Positions 51,933 through 64,000 of a DNA stretch of 64,000 nucleotides are shown here, one piece after another. Under the pieces are notes generated by a model. It was given only the letters and a program-made list of their open reading frames with translations, had not been told where the DNA came from and did no database searches. The stretch covers positions 62,558,001 to 62,622,000 of the forward strand of contig OZ024746.1 in assembly GCA_964016885.1 (NCBI GenBank). The letters run 5' to 3'. Numbering within the stretch: the first letter of the stretch is position 1; every line of letters starts with the position of its first letter. The DNA is from Eledone cirrhosa. Lineage: Eukaryota. A program made the translations under genes and the position numbers.

Positions 51933-52431
51933 TATGATTGCTATTTAGGCATAAAGTCAACACAACCACTCAATGGTACCACCCTTCTCACAACACCCTC
52001 ACTATAGTACCACCCTTCTCACAACACCCTACTACAGTACCACCCTTCTCCTGACATGACACAATGAACACAACCTTCTCACAGCAAGGTACAATGACAC
52101 CATTTCTCAAAAGGCATGTTACACCTATTTGAACTCCTCAGTTAACTTGTTTATCAGCTTAAACTGAAACCACTCTACTTCAATCACACATTACATCCAG
52201 TATTTATTGAAAACAAAATTCATCACCACTCTCTCTCTCTCTCTATCACACACACCCTTCTCTTACCCCCTTCTCACACACACACCAAAGGAGGAATGAC
52301 ACTAAGCTACAATTTACATATCAAAACAAATACAGTGTTGTGTGGTATAAGCAAGTTATTAAACTGTCTGCTCAATAGAGCAAAACAGTGAGAAAATGAG
52401 AGAGGTGTAGGGATTCTGCTAAACTAAATTA

Positions 52432-52972
52432 ATGATATCCTCAGATCACAGTGAGTTGTGGTATCTTCAGTTGACAGTGGTGATATCCTCAGTCGACAGT
52501 GAGTGGTGATATCCTCAGTTTACAGTGAGTGGTGATATCCTCATTCACAGTGAGTGGTGATATCCTCAGTTTACAGTGAGTGGTGATATCCTCAGTTTAC
52601 AGTGAGTGGTGATATCCTCAGTTTACAGTGAGTGGTGATATCCTCATTCACAGTGAATGGTGATATCCTCAGTTTACAGTGAGTGGTGATATCCTCAGTT
52701 TACAGTGAGTGGTGATATCCTCATTCACAGTGAGTGGTGATATCCTCATTCACAGTGAGTGGTGATATCCTCAGTTTACAGTGAGTGGTGATATCTTCAG
52801 TTTACAGTGAGTGGTGATATCCTCAGTTTACAGTGAGTGGTGATATCCTCAGTTTACAGTGAGTGGTGATATCTTCAGTTTACAGTGAGTGGTGATATCC
52901 TCATTCACGGCGAGTGGTGATATCCTCAGTTTACAGTGAGTGGTGCAATCTGTTTACAGTAAGTGGTGATAT
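52432..52972. repeat. 26-bp minisatellite GTGGTGATATCCTCAGTTTACAGTGA
   Basis: About 20 tandem units. Confidence 0.95.
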
Positions 52973-53019
52973 GCCATGTATAGATGTGCTGTCATTAAGC
53001 TGATAGTTATGAGTAATCT

Positions 53020-53990
53020 GTCCAATGATGAATTGAGCATACAAGTAAGTGTCAGCCAGGGATACATTCTCAAGCCCTACGTTTTTCCTTAACTATTCTG
53101 ACTACCCATGACAGCTCCCATATGCTGGTCACCTAGTTCTCCTAACTGAATATGTTCAAGATTTAAACAAAGTTCAAATATGGAAGCAAAGTCAAGAATT
53201 AAAGGGGCTCAAAGTAAACCTAACAGAAGACTGGACCCTATAAAACATCAGGGACATGGTCATGCTCCACAAGCAGAGTATTTTAGGAACTCTGTAATGT
53301 GTACCAAATGCAAACTATGTTTGCATAAGAGATGCAGTGAGATGAGAGGCTGGCCAACAGAGAAGACAGATTTCAAGTGTAGCAGACACACAAGAGTAGT
53401 TAATAGTAACAGCAACCAGGAAATAATCTCTTTGAAATGCTTTAATTGCTCTCCAGAAGTAGTTGATGGCTTCTATTACCTAGGTGACCAAATCAGCAGT
53501 GGAAGCAGGTGTTCTGAAAGCATTGTAGCCAGGGTAAGAATGGAGTGGAAATGTGAGAAAAGTTCATGGAGCTATTACCTCCCTTGATAACAAAAGGATT
53601 CTTTCTGTACATGAAACGTAAATTGTATATGGCTTGTTGTGCATTAAGTGCAATGTTGCATGGTAACAAAACATGGGCAGTGAATGTGAAGGATGTGCAA
53701 AGGCCGGAACGAAACACAGCATGCTCTGTTGGCGATGTAATTTTAGTGTGCTGAATCACAGAGCAAAATGAACAGAGAAAAACTCGATATAAGAAGAATC
53801 ACATGTAATGTGCAAGTGAGGAATCTACATGAGTACAGATATATGATGTTTATGAAAGATGACAGCTGAGTAAAGAGAGTGACAAGCCATCCAAATGAAA
53901 GGAAATTATGGAAGATAGAGGAGGAAAAGGTGAAATCTGATCTCAGGAGCTTGACCTCACAAAGGATCGCAACAGGTCATGAGATGGAAG
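53020..53990 (+). mobile_element. Decayed RTE LINE RT/3' region with PHD-like Cys/His insert
   Basis: NSVMCTKCKLCLHKRCS...FKCSR; EVVDGFYYLGDQIS...ARVR; ELLPPL..KG...LYMAC...MLHG.KTWAV. Confidence 0.8.
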
Positions 53991-54877
53991 AAAACCCATA
54001 CAAATACCTTTTTATATTTACTTTACTAAATAATCACATTCCTAAAATAGTCAAAAGGCCACATATTAGAAGTGGAGAGGTACACTTGATTATATTTGCA
54101 CCAGTGGTTGACTAATGTAATATTTCATCAGCTTTCACCCACTCTTTGTAGAAGAGTAACAGTTATAGTTGAGACTGGCAGGGTTTGAACTCAGAATACA
54201 AAAAGGTTTGGGAAAATACCCTCAACCAAAATGATTAAGAATAAACAAAACGTCAAGAAAAAGAGAGAAACTATAAAAATTCAGTCCAAGTCAGTTTTTT
54301 CTAATTTCTGTGTTAATTATATTTAGAACAAACTATTGTATAATGTATCCAAGATACACTATGTCAAAATATAAAATAAAAAGACATGATGGTCATGGCC
54401 AGAATATTTTTGACCATAGGTTTGCTCTATCAAGGTTGCTTTTAACCTGCTAAAAATACCAGCCAAATAACCCACTATGGCTTTTTAAAAAACAAGGAAG
54501 TACACATTGGATATTGTAGCTCTAGATACATTTTAACTTTAAAAATGTCAAAGGCTGCCTCAAGCCATCAGGCTCACCATGCTGATACTTATAAACAGTT
54601 ACATTTTCATTAGTGTTAAGTGACTCCCTCTTGGACAGGATGCTAGTGCAACCCAGGGTTAATCTCAAGCTGCTGCTGCTGGTACTCATAGAATGAAGTG
54701 TTTTGCTCAAGAACACATGCTCCTGGTCCAGGAATTAAACCCACAACATTATGATTGCAAGTCTAAAACCATAACCACTTGGCCATGCACCTTCACATTT
54801 TAACAGAAAAAAAAGATAAGACTGCCATTGTTGGAATGCTTGTTTTATCAGGACTGAGTTAGGGCTAATCAATATCA

Positions 54878-56525
54878 ACAAAATAAGTAAACCCTGAAGA
54901 TATATAGTCCTGTGGTTAGTGTTGGGCTCACATTCATGGGTTAGGGTTAAAATAAGTAAACCCCAAAGATACATAGTCCTATAGTTAGTGTTGGGTTCAC
55001 ATTCATGGGTTAGGGCTAAAATAAGTAAACCCCGAAGATATATAGTCCTGTGGTTAGTGTTGGGTTCACATTCATGGGTTAGGGCTAAAATAAGTAAACC
55101 CCAAAGATACATAGTCCTATAGTTAGTGTTGGGTTCACATTCATGGGTTAGGGCTAAAATAAGTAAACCCCGAAGATATATAGTCCTGTGGTTAGTGTTG
55201 GGCTCACATTCATGGGTTAGGGCTAAAATAAGTAAACCCCGAAGATATATAGTCCTGTGGTTAGTGTTGGGCTCACATTCATGGGTTAGGGCTAAAATAA
55301 GTAAACCCCGAAGATATATAGTCCTGTGGTTAGTGTTGGGCTCACATTCATGGGTTAGGGCTAAAATAAGTAAACCCCGAAGATATATAGTCCTGTGGTT
55401 AGTGTTGGGCTCACATTCATGGGTTAGGGCTAAAATAAGTAAACCCCGAAGATATATAGTCCTGTGGTTAGTGTTGGGCTCACATTCATGGGTTAGGGCT
55501 AAAATAAGTAAACGCCGAAGATATATAGTCCTGTGGTTAGTGTTGGGCTCACATTCATGGGTTAGGGCTAAAATAAGTAAACCCCGAAGATATATAGTCC
55601 TGTGGTTAGTGTTGGGCTCACATTCATGGGTTAGGGCTAAAATAAATAAACCCCGGAGATATATAGTCCTATGGTTAGTGTTGGGCTCACATTCATGGGT
55701 TAGGGCTAAAATAAGTAAACCCCGAAGATATATAGTCCTGTGGTTAGTGTTGGGCTCACATTCATGGGTTAGGGCTAAAATAAGTAAACCCCGAAGATAT
55801 ATAGTCCTGTGGTTAGTGTTGGGCTCACATTCATGGGTTAGGGCTAAAATAAGTAAACCCCGAAGATATATAGTCCTGTGGTTAGTGTTGGGCTCACATT
55901 CATGGGTTAGGGCTAAAATAAGTAAACCCCGAAGATATATAGTCCTGTGGTTAGTGTTGGGCTCACATTCATGGGTTAGGGCTAAAATAAGTAAACCCCG
56001 AAGATATATAGTCCTGTGGTTAGTGTTGGGCTCACATTCATGGGTTAGGGCTAAAATAAGTAAACGCCGAAGATATATAGTCCTGTGGTTAGTGTTGGGC
56101 TCACATTCATGGGTTAGGGCTAAAATAAGTAAACCCCGAAGATATATAGTCCTGTGGTTAGTGTTGGGCTCACATTCATGGGTTAGGGCTAAAATAAATA
56201 AACCCCGGAGATATATAGTCCTATGGTTAGTGTTGGGCTCACATTCATGGGTTAGGGCTAAAATAAGTAAACCCCGAAGATATATAGTCCTGTGGTTAGT
56301 GTTGGGCTCACATTCATGGGTTAGGGCTAAAATAAGTAAACCCCGAAGATATATAGTCCTGTGGTTAGTGTTGGGCTCACATTCATGGGTTAGGGCTAAA
56401 ATAAGTAAACCCCGAAGATATATAGTCCTGTGGTTAGTGTTGGGCTCACATTCATGGGTTAGGGCTAAAATAAATAAACCCCGGAGATATATAGTCCTAT
56501 GGTTAGTGTTGGGCTCACATTCATG
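54878..56525. repeat. 69-bp tandem satellite, ~24 copies
   Basis: Unit TTGGGCTCACATTCATGGGTTAGGGCTAAAATAAGTAAACCCCGAAGATATATAGTCCTGTGGTTAGTG; the 466-aa ORF is a repeat artefact. Confidence 0.98.
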
Positions 56526-57575
56526 AGATTTGGTTTTCTATTTGGAGACTGGGAGACACATTGTGTCCTTGAGCAAGGCAGTTCATTTTCCATTGTCACA
56601 TCGTTCTAGTTTACACAATTGAAAATAAGTACCAGCAGTAGCAGCAGCAGTTGGTTTCACTTGACAGACTGACGTCCCATCTAAAGAGAAATCTTGTAAT
56701 GAATATATATGTATGAACCTGTAATACCTGATAAGAGTTGTAGGGGCGTCATTGTGACATATGGGCATTTTGAAACTTGGTGGAACCTATCCTTCTCCAA
56801 GTCGATTTCTTTCGGAGAAAGAGAAAGAGAAAGTTTGAACAAGATATGGAAGAAGAATCAATCCCAGTACTAGATTGGTACTTTTTCTAATCAACCTTGA
56901 AAGGCATTGTACTATCTACCAGTCACTTAATACCCCATGGAATCAGGATAAGCTCCAGCTTTTGTCCAAACCATGACCCCCCCCCCCCCCCCAAAAAAAA
57001 ACCAAGATTAAACCTGATTGGCGTATGTGTTGGACTTCTGTCAGTTCCGACAAATGTTCCTGAACAGCCTGCTCACAAAATTAACGTGCAAGTGACTAAG
57101 CATTTCACAGAAATGCGTACCCTTAACAGTTTTCAAAGAGATTTAGCATGGTGCAGTAAATAGCAAAGGTTGGTCCTTTCAATTACAGGTAAAACTCAAT
57201 GTTCTCAGCTGAATGTACTGGAGCAATGTGAAATAAAGTATCTTGCTTAAAAACACCATACACCCCTGGGAATTAAACTTATGACTTGACATTTGTCAAC
57301 CAAACACCCTAACCATTAAGTCACATGCCGTCACAGAAACCTAGTTGTTAGCATACAAACATTACACATTATTAACAGGAACAAGAACACAAAGTCTAAG
57401 TGAGTTACAATGGAGAAGAGAAAATTAGTAACAACATTGATTTCTTAAGCATCACCTGTCCTTCACCTTCATGTTGGGTTTGTGGGGCAGGATAATTATT
57501 GTTTCCATAGATTTTTCTTTGTGTTTAGTTCTTTTTTGATACCCTCTCCCATCCCAGAAGCAGCTGAGGAATTTA

Positions 57576-57636
<61 letters not shown>

Positions 57637-57737
57637 GTGTGGGGGGGTATACATAGTGAGAGAGAGAGAGAGCAAGAGATGGAGTGTGGGTGTATGTGTG
57701 TCTAGAATAATATAGAAATATATATATATATATATAG

Positions 57738-57801
<64 letters not shown>

Positions 57802-58412
57802 CTAGACACACACCCTCTCTCTCTCACACTCGCTCCAGTCCTCCATTGATCAGATCCCACACATATATATGTAAGCTGTGTCTCTCCCTCACTAATTCTC
57901 ACTAATTTCATCAGACATATGCTCAGACTCTCCCCCACTCTCTGATTGTGACAAAGTATGTGTATGTATGTACATAAATGTCTGTGTACATACATAGACA
58001 GACAAACACAGATACAGACTATTTCTGTCATACACAAACCTGGCCTAATTATCTCATGGCAAACAGACATTTACACAGATTAAGTATGCCATATATACAC
58101 ACTTTATATAAACATACACACATTTATACTAACATACTGATACTGGTTTAGTCATTGGTCTGTGGCCATAATGGGGCACCATATTGTGTATGTGTTTGTA
58201 CACACATACAAACCCATTTTGTTGTACACTAAGCATGTTTCACAAAGACATATTGTGTGTTATACTCTTTCATACACACACACACACGTGCACATACACA
58301 GACACTCAGACACACACACACACACATACACACAGATGAAAACTTCTCCTCTACCATCTTCGGTAGATGACAGGGGTAGGTAGTACCAGGTAAAAACAGA
58401 ACATCCAAACCC

Positions 58413-58460
<48 letters not shown>

Positions 58461-58711
58461 TTAATAAATAATGAGAAGAACAACAACAAAAATAATAATG
58501 ATAGACAATAATAACAATGATAACAACATCAACAACAAGAATAGACAATTTCAAATAAGGCAAAATCCTCAAAATACAAAAAAAAAAAAAAATAACATAT
58601 TCAATGGAATCGATCAATGATCTGGTCGAAGAAATTATGCCAAAAAAACGATGCCATTTATATATATACCTATATATACACACATACATATATATATATA
58701 TATATACTAAC

Positions 58712-58760
58712 CTGGACCAACATGACTAGATTTTCCTCATTCAGTAAAAAGCTCCCCACG
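58712..58760 (-). CDS. Candidate upstream exon (..VGSFLLNEENLVMLVQ; possible start ATG at 58723)
   Basis: Donor CAG|GTTAGT at 58712/58711; possible acceptor TCTCTTCTACGACAG at 58761; phase-0 end fits the 33104 exon. Confidence 0.4.
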
Positions 58761-59811
58761 CTGTCGTAGAAGAGATACACACATATACAGAGGGAATATC
58801 GCACAGAAGATGAGAGAAAAAGAGTAACAGAAAAATCCCCGGCAGAGGAAAGATTCCTACCAAACTGGTTGTCATGGTATCCAAAAGCAGTGGTAGCAGG
58901 AAAAATATTCTGCTAGAAGAGTGAAACAACAAGAACACATGAATGTAGATGAAAAAGGGAGGGAGAGAGAGAGAGGGAGAGGGAGGGCTTTGACAGATGT
59001 GGAGATGGAAGGAGAAGCGGAGAAACAACAACAGGATCCTACTTCATTTAGAGACAGGGTGGTGGGAGATTATGACTAGATTAAATTGAAGAATTTACTA
59101 ATAGTGACAACACCACCAGTATAAGAAGAAAAAGGAAAAGTTAATTTGTGGAGGAGGTGAAGAGTAAAACAATAACAAACATGATCATAGAAAATGCCAC
59201 AGAAAACTGACTTTATATACATTCTATATATATGTATGTATGTATATATATATATATATATATGTGTGTATGTGTGTGTGTGTACAAAGATACATATATG
59301 GGTATCATTATAAAAACAGATGGAAAGAGTATATATATATATATATATATACAGGGTGACAGAGAAATAGATACATACCCACACTCAATATATTACCCAT
59401 CCAAAACATGCCCACATAGAAAACAAACAGATGATTTTATATATATATATACATACATATATATATATAATATAATATAAATATATATATATATACACAC
59501 ACATATATAATATATATATATATATATACACACATATATATATACACATATATACACACATATATATATACACATACATATATATATAAAAACCCACATA
59601 CAAATATATAGACAAACACACACGACTGTCTATACATACACACATTATATACAACACTAGCAGACATAACCTGAAGTGATGTGACATCAACAGGGAAATT
59701 CATCTCATGAGCTCACCTTTCAACAAGATTTCATCTATTCTCTGTCACTTAACACACTGTGATAGTGATGATAATTTCTAACATTGGGGACAAGGCCAGC
59801 AATTTAATTAA

Positions 59812-60100
59812 TAGGTCTAGCCAGCCTCCTATAAGGTTCTATCACATAGGAGGTTTCTCAGGTATTCTAATAATAAGGGCTTTAGTATCGTTAGATCTCA
59901 CACCTATACAGGTTTAGTGGGTCATCTATAAGGTTGTATAACATCTCACACCTCTGCAGGTTTACCCAGCCTCCTATAATGTTGTATCACATTGGCTTCT
60001 CAAGTATTTTACAGATAAAAGTCCTAGTGTTGTTACATCTCACACCTATGCAGGTTTAACAGGCCTCCTCCAAGGTTGCATCTCATAAGAGATTTCTCAG
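59812..60100. repeat. Degenerate tandem repeat (CCTCCTATAAGGTTGTATCACAT / ATCTCACACCT..CAGGTTTA)
   Basis: 3-4 recurring blocks. Confidence 0.7.
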
Positions 60101-60349
60101 CCTATTGTTGGTGGTGTCTTTGATAACAAAGCTGCTACTGAAGATCAAATCAGTTCTGTCCAATTCAAGTGCAGGTATGCTGGTGACTTATAAGACTAAT
60201 CTGGGATCAGCAGATCTGACCACTACTCATTAGAAATATGATATTTAACCCTTTAGGTTAAATATCAAAATAAAAACGTTAATTTTGGAGGCTCCAGTCC
60301 TTTCATTAACAAAAAAAAAACAATGTAAAATACTTTATATAATCACTTC

Positions 60350-61350
60350 CAAAAGTTAACCTTGGTGGAATTTGAACGCAAATGGTAAAGAGCCAGAGAA
60401 ATACTTGTGCACATCTGTCCAATGCTTTAACAATTCTGCCTATCCACCACCCTAATAAAAATAATTGTTTCTACTTTTGGCACAAGGGCCAAATTACTCA
60501 GTGCATTACTGGTACTTTATTTTATCAACCCCGTAAGGATGAAAGGCAAAGTTAACCTCAGCGGGATTTGAACTGAGAATGGCAAGGGCCGTAACTCTAT
60601 GCATCAAAGCATGGCGTCCGACCCTTTACCGATACTGCCAATCCACCAAATAATAATGGTCTCTTATTTAAACACAAGATCAGCAATTTTGGGGGAAAGG
60701 GGAAAGTCGATTAAGTCGACCCCAGTTCGTTACTGGTATTTTATTTTATCGACCCTGTAGAGATGAAAGGCAAAGCTAACCATGACGGGATTTGAACTCA
60801 GAACGTAAAGGGCTATAACTTTATGCCAATAATAATAGTTGTTTCTACTTTTGGCACAAGGCCAAGAATTACCCCAGTGCATTACTGGTGCTTATTTTAT
60901 CAAACCCCGTAAGGATGAAAGGCAAAGTTAACTTCGGTGTGATTTAAACTCAGAACGTAAAGGGCCGTAACTATGCTGCAAAGCATGGCGTCCGACCCTC
61001 TTCTGATACTGCTAATGATAATTGTTTCTACTTTTTGGCACAAGGCCAGCAATTACCCCAGTGCATTACTGGTACTTTATTTTATTGACCCCGTAAGGAT
61101 GAAAGGCAAAGTTAACCTCGGCGGGATTTGATACTGCTAATGATAATGGTTTCTTATATAGGCACAAGGCCAGCAATTTTGGGGTAGGAGAAAGTTGATT
61201 AAATCGACCCCAGTGCGTGACTGGTACTTTATTTTATGGACCCCGTAAGGATGAAAGGCAAAGTTAACTTCAGCAGGATTTGAACTCGGAACGTAAAGGG
61301 GTATAACTCTATGGTGCAAAGCATGGCATCCGACCCTCTTCCAATACAGC

Positions 61351-61381
<31 letters not shown>

Positions 61382-61556
61382 TGTTTCTACTTTAGGCACA
61401 AGGCCAGCAATTACCCAGTGCATTACTGCTACTTTATTTTATGGACCCCGTAAGGATAAAAGGCAAAGTCAACCTCGGCGGGATTTGAACTCAGATCGTA
61501 AAGGGACGTAACTATGCTGGAAAGCATGGCGTCCGACCCTCTACCGATACTGCCAT
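60350..61556 (-). mobile_element. Head-to-tail array of ~7 SINE-A copies
   Basis: Repeated family cores, long and short variants, (TAA)n linkers. Confidence 0.92.
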
Positions 61557-61717
61557 AATAATAATCGTAGCTATAAAGTAGTGCCTTACCTTACATAAAC
61601 CCTACCCCCCACTCTTCCAGAGGTCACTAATACTGCTTCAGTACTAAGTTGGTCTGTGAAGACCCATCCAAGCCTTGCTAGCAGGGGAAAATGGATATTA
61701 AATAACAGTGACTCCTA

Positions 61718-61749
<32 letters not shown>

Positions 61750-62261
61750 TAACACTAACACCACAAACAATAACATTAACACCACTACCACCACCACCTT
61801 ACATATTCTTCCTTTTTTTTATTCTAGGAGTGGGGGGTGAGGGGAATGTCTTAGATAGACACAGAATATCCTTTGGAAACCAACAAAGACCTTCACTACC
61901 CACACCTTCACCTACAGGAGGCCAACAGCAGCACTACCCTGTCTATTACCTCCCACCTCCACTCGTAAAAACCAGCCAGCAAACCACCATCGCCGCCACC
62001 ACCATTTATAGTGGGTTAGCTTAAATGTAATAACCCTTGCTTTTACTGTCATGCCTGTGTGAGTTGTCAGAAGATGGAAGAATGTCTATGTGGGTAGATA
62101 AATGAGATGTGACTAGTAAGACCATTATTCAACTTAGTACTCTATATCTAAGAAAAGTAGAGTGTAGATATTATTATAAGGACTCTCTGCCCTACGGTTA
62201 AGCTTCTAATGTTTCATTTGCTATTGAAAGTTGAAACTTCACTGTAGGGTGGAGAATCCTC

Positions 62262-62297
<36 letters not shown>

Positions 62298-62477
62298 TAA
62301 TATTTTAGGTTACTCAGTGTACATACACACACAAACACACACATGCATATATATATATATATGCATGTATATGTATGTATGTATATATATATGTGTGTAT
62401 ATATATGCATGTATATGTATGTATGAATATATATGTATATATATATATGTATATATATATGCATGTATATGTATGTA

Positions 62478-62628
<151 letters not shown>

Positions 62629-62690
62629 GTGTGTATATATATATATATGTATGTATGTATGTGTGTATTTATATATATATATATATGTAT

Positions 62691-62744
<54 letters not shown>

Positions 62745-62771
62745 CTGTATGTGTATATATATATATGTGTG

Positions 62772-62816
<45 letters not shown>

Positions 62817-62820
<4 letters not shown>

Positions 62821-63014
62821 TTAATATAGATGAGATTCTACAGGACTAGAACTGTTTCATTCTTTAGAAATCATCAGAGATTCCTGATGATTTCTAAAGA
62901 ATGAAACAGTTCTAGTCCTGTAGAATCTCATCTATATTAAAACTTTTATACTCTGCAATGTATTGAGTACCTTACTTACTGTGGTTACCTCCGATTCAAC
63001 CCGGAATAACGTAC

Positions 63015-63017
<3 letters not shown>
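62817..63017 (+). mobile_element. Penelope-like end with perfect 61-bp-arm palindrome, inserted in (TA)n
   Basis: 62817-62877 is the exact reverse complement of 62884-62944. Confidence 0.8.
62877..62929 (+). ncRNA. Type-I hammerhead ribozyme with a true stem III
   Basis: GAGATTC-CTGATGA-tTTC(TAAA)GAAt-GAA-ACAG(TTCTAGTC)CTGT-A-GAATCTC; GUA cleavage after 62922. Confidence 0.85.
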
Positions 63018-63051
<34 letters not shown>

Positions 63052-63142
63052 AGAAAGAAAGGGGTAAAGGAGACAGAGGAGAAAATTGTGTATGTAACAT
63101 ATTTCTGCAGAAAAGCAGCAGCAGCAGGCAGGCACCAATTTG

Positions 63143-63156
63143 GTTACTATGGCAAC
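63143..63156. promoter_or_regulatory. Perfect RFX X-box
   Basis: GTTACTATGGCAAC in a unique island, preceded by CCAAT. Confidence 0.55.
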
Positions 63157-63477
63157 AGATACACAAGCCAGCATCTCACAGCAATCTAACTCTCAATGAC
63201 AAGCTTGTGGTTTTATTTCCACAAGATTTATTCTTTTCAGTCTCCTTTCTTTAAACATCTCTCTCACTCCTTTCTCTAAATAGCCCCCTCCTACTGCTAC
63301 TCCCTACCCGCCCTCCCCCTCCCCAGTTTCTCTACTTACTCCCCTTCTTCACCATCAATAACGACAACAACAACAACAACAGCAACAAAATGAAAATTAA
63401 AAAGAATCATTATTGGTTCCTCCATCTGCTAGAAGTAACAGTAAAAATCTTCCTCATAACACACCCTTAATGTCACC

Positions 63478-64000
63478 ACACACTTGCACATATGCATCCA
63501 CATCCACACACACTTGCACAGGTACACTATTGCGCATATGCATGCACACACATACATTTCCACAAATATACACACACACTTGCACATATGCACACACTTG
63601 CATATATGCATGCACACATGCACATAAACACACACACTTGCACATATGCACACATACTTGCATATATACACACATATACTTGTACATATACACATACTTG
63701 CACATATACACATACTTGCACATATACACATACTTGCACATATACACACACACACATACTTGCACATATACGCATACTTGCACATATATATACATATATA
63801 TATGTGCAAGTATATATACATATATATTCATATATATATACACTTGCACATATACACACACACTTACACACATACACTTGCACATATATACACAATTGCA
63901 CATATATACACACACACGCTTGCACATATACACATACTTACACATATATATACATATATATGTGCAAGTATATATACATATACATTCACATATATATACA
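63478..64000. repeat. Minisatellite CACAYACTTGCACATATA
   Basis: Directly visible; runs to the window end. Confidence 0.92.

Noticed and set aside
54878-56525. Interstitial telomere
   Set aside because: Only one TTAGGG per 69-bp unit, not tandem hexamers
55126-56526. 466-aa ORF, and a possible CRISPR-like array
   Set aside because: Pure 23-codon periodicity of a 69-bp satellite; there are no unique spacers and the context is eukaryotic

Overview
AT-rich, microsatellite-dense eukaryotic DNA. The SINE, RTE-LINE, Penelope and MITE families present point to an octopod cephalopod (inference). Almost all of the window is intronic or intergenic repeat. It holds two tRNA-derived SINE families, several decayed RTE LINE fragments, a decayed Penelope element, 9 copies of a TTAA/piggyBac-type MITE, hAT-Charlie and Tc1/mariner elements, and many mini- and microsatellites. 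Nearly all long ORFs in the track are simple-repeat artefacts. The only credible protein-coding signal is a minus-strand terminal exon (33104-32865), possibly spliced to a small upstream exon ending at 58712, which would give an unrecognised ~83-aa protein. Best signals: (1) at least seven type-I hammerhead ribozyme motifs from about four Penelope-like end families, with compensatory stem changes and two near-perfect or perfect palindromic insertions in (TA)n; (2) the candidate small gene amid several RFX X-boxes; (3) a candidate recursive splice site with a stop-containing 35-nt exon; (4) a 69-bp satellite born from a SINE head. All calls were made by eye; no searches or folding were run.
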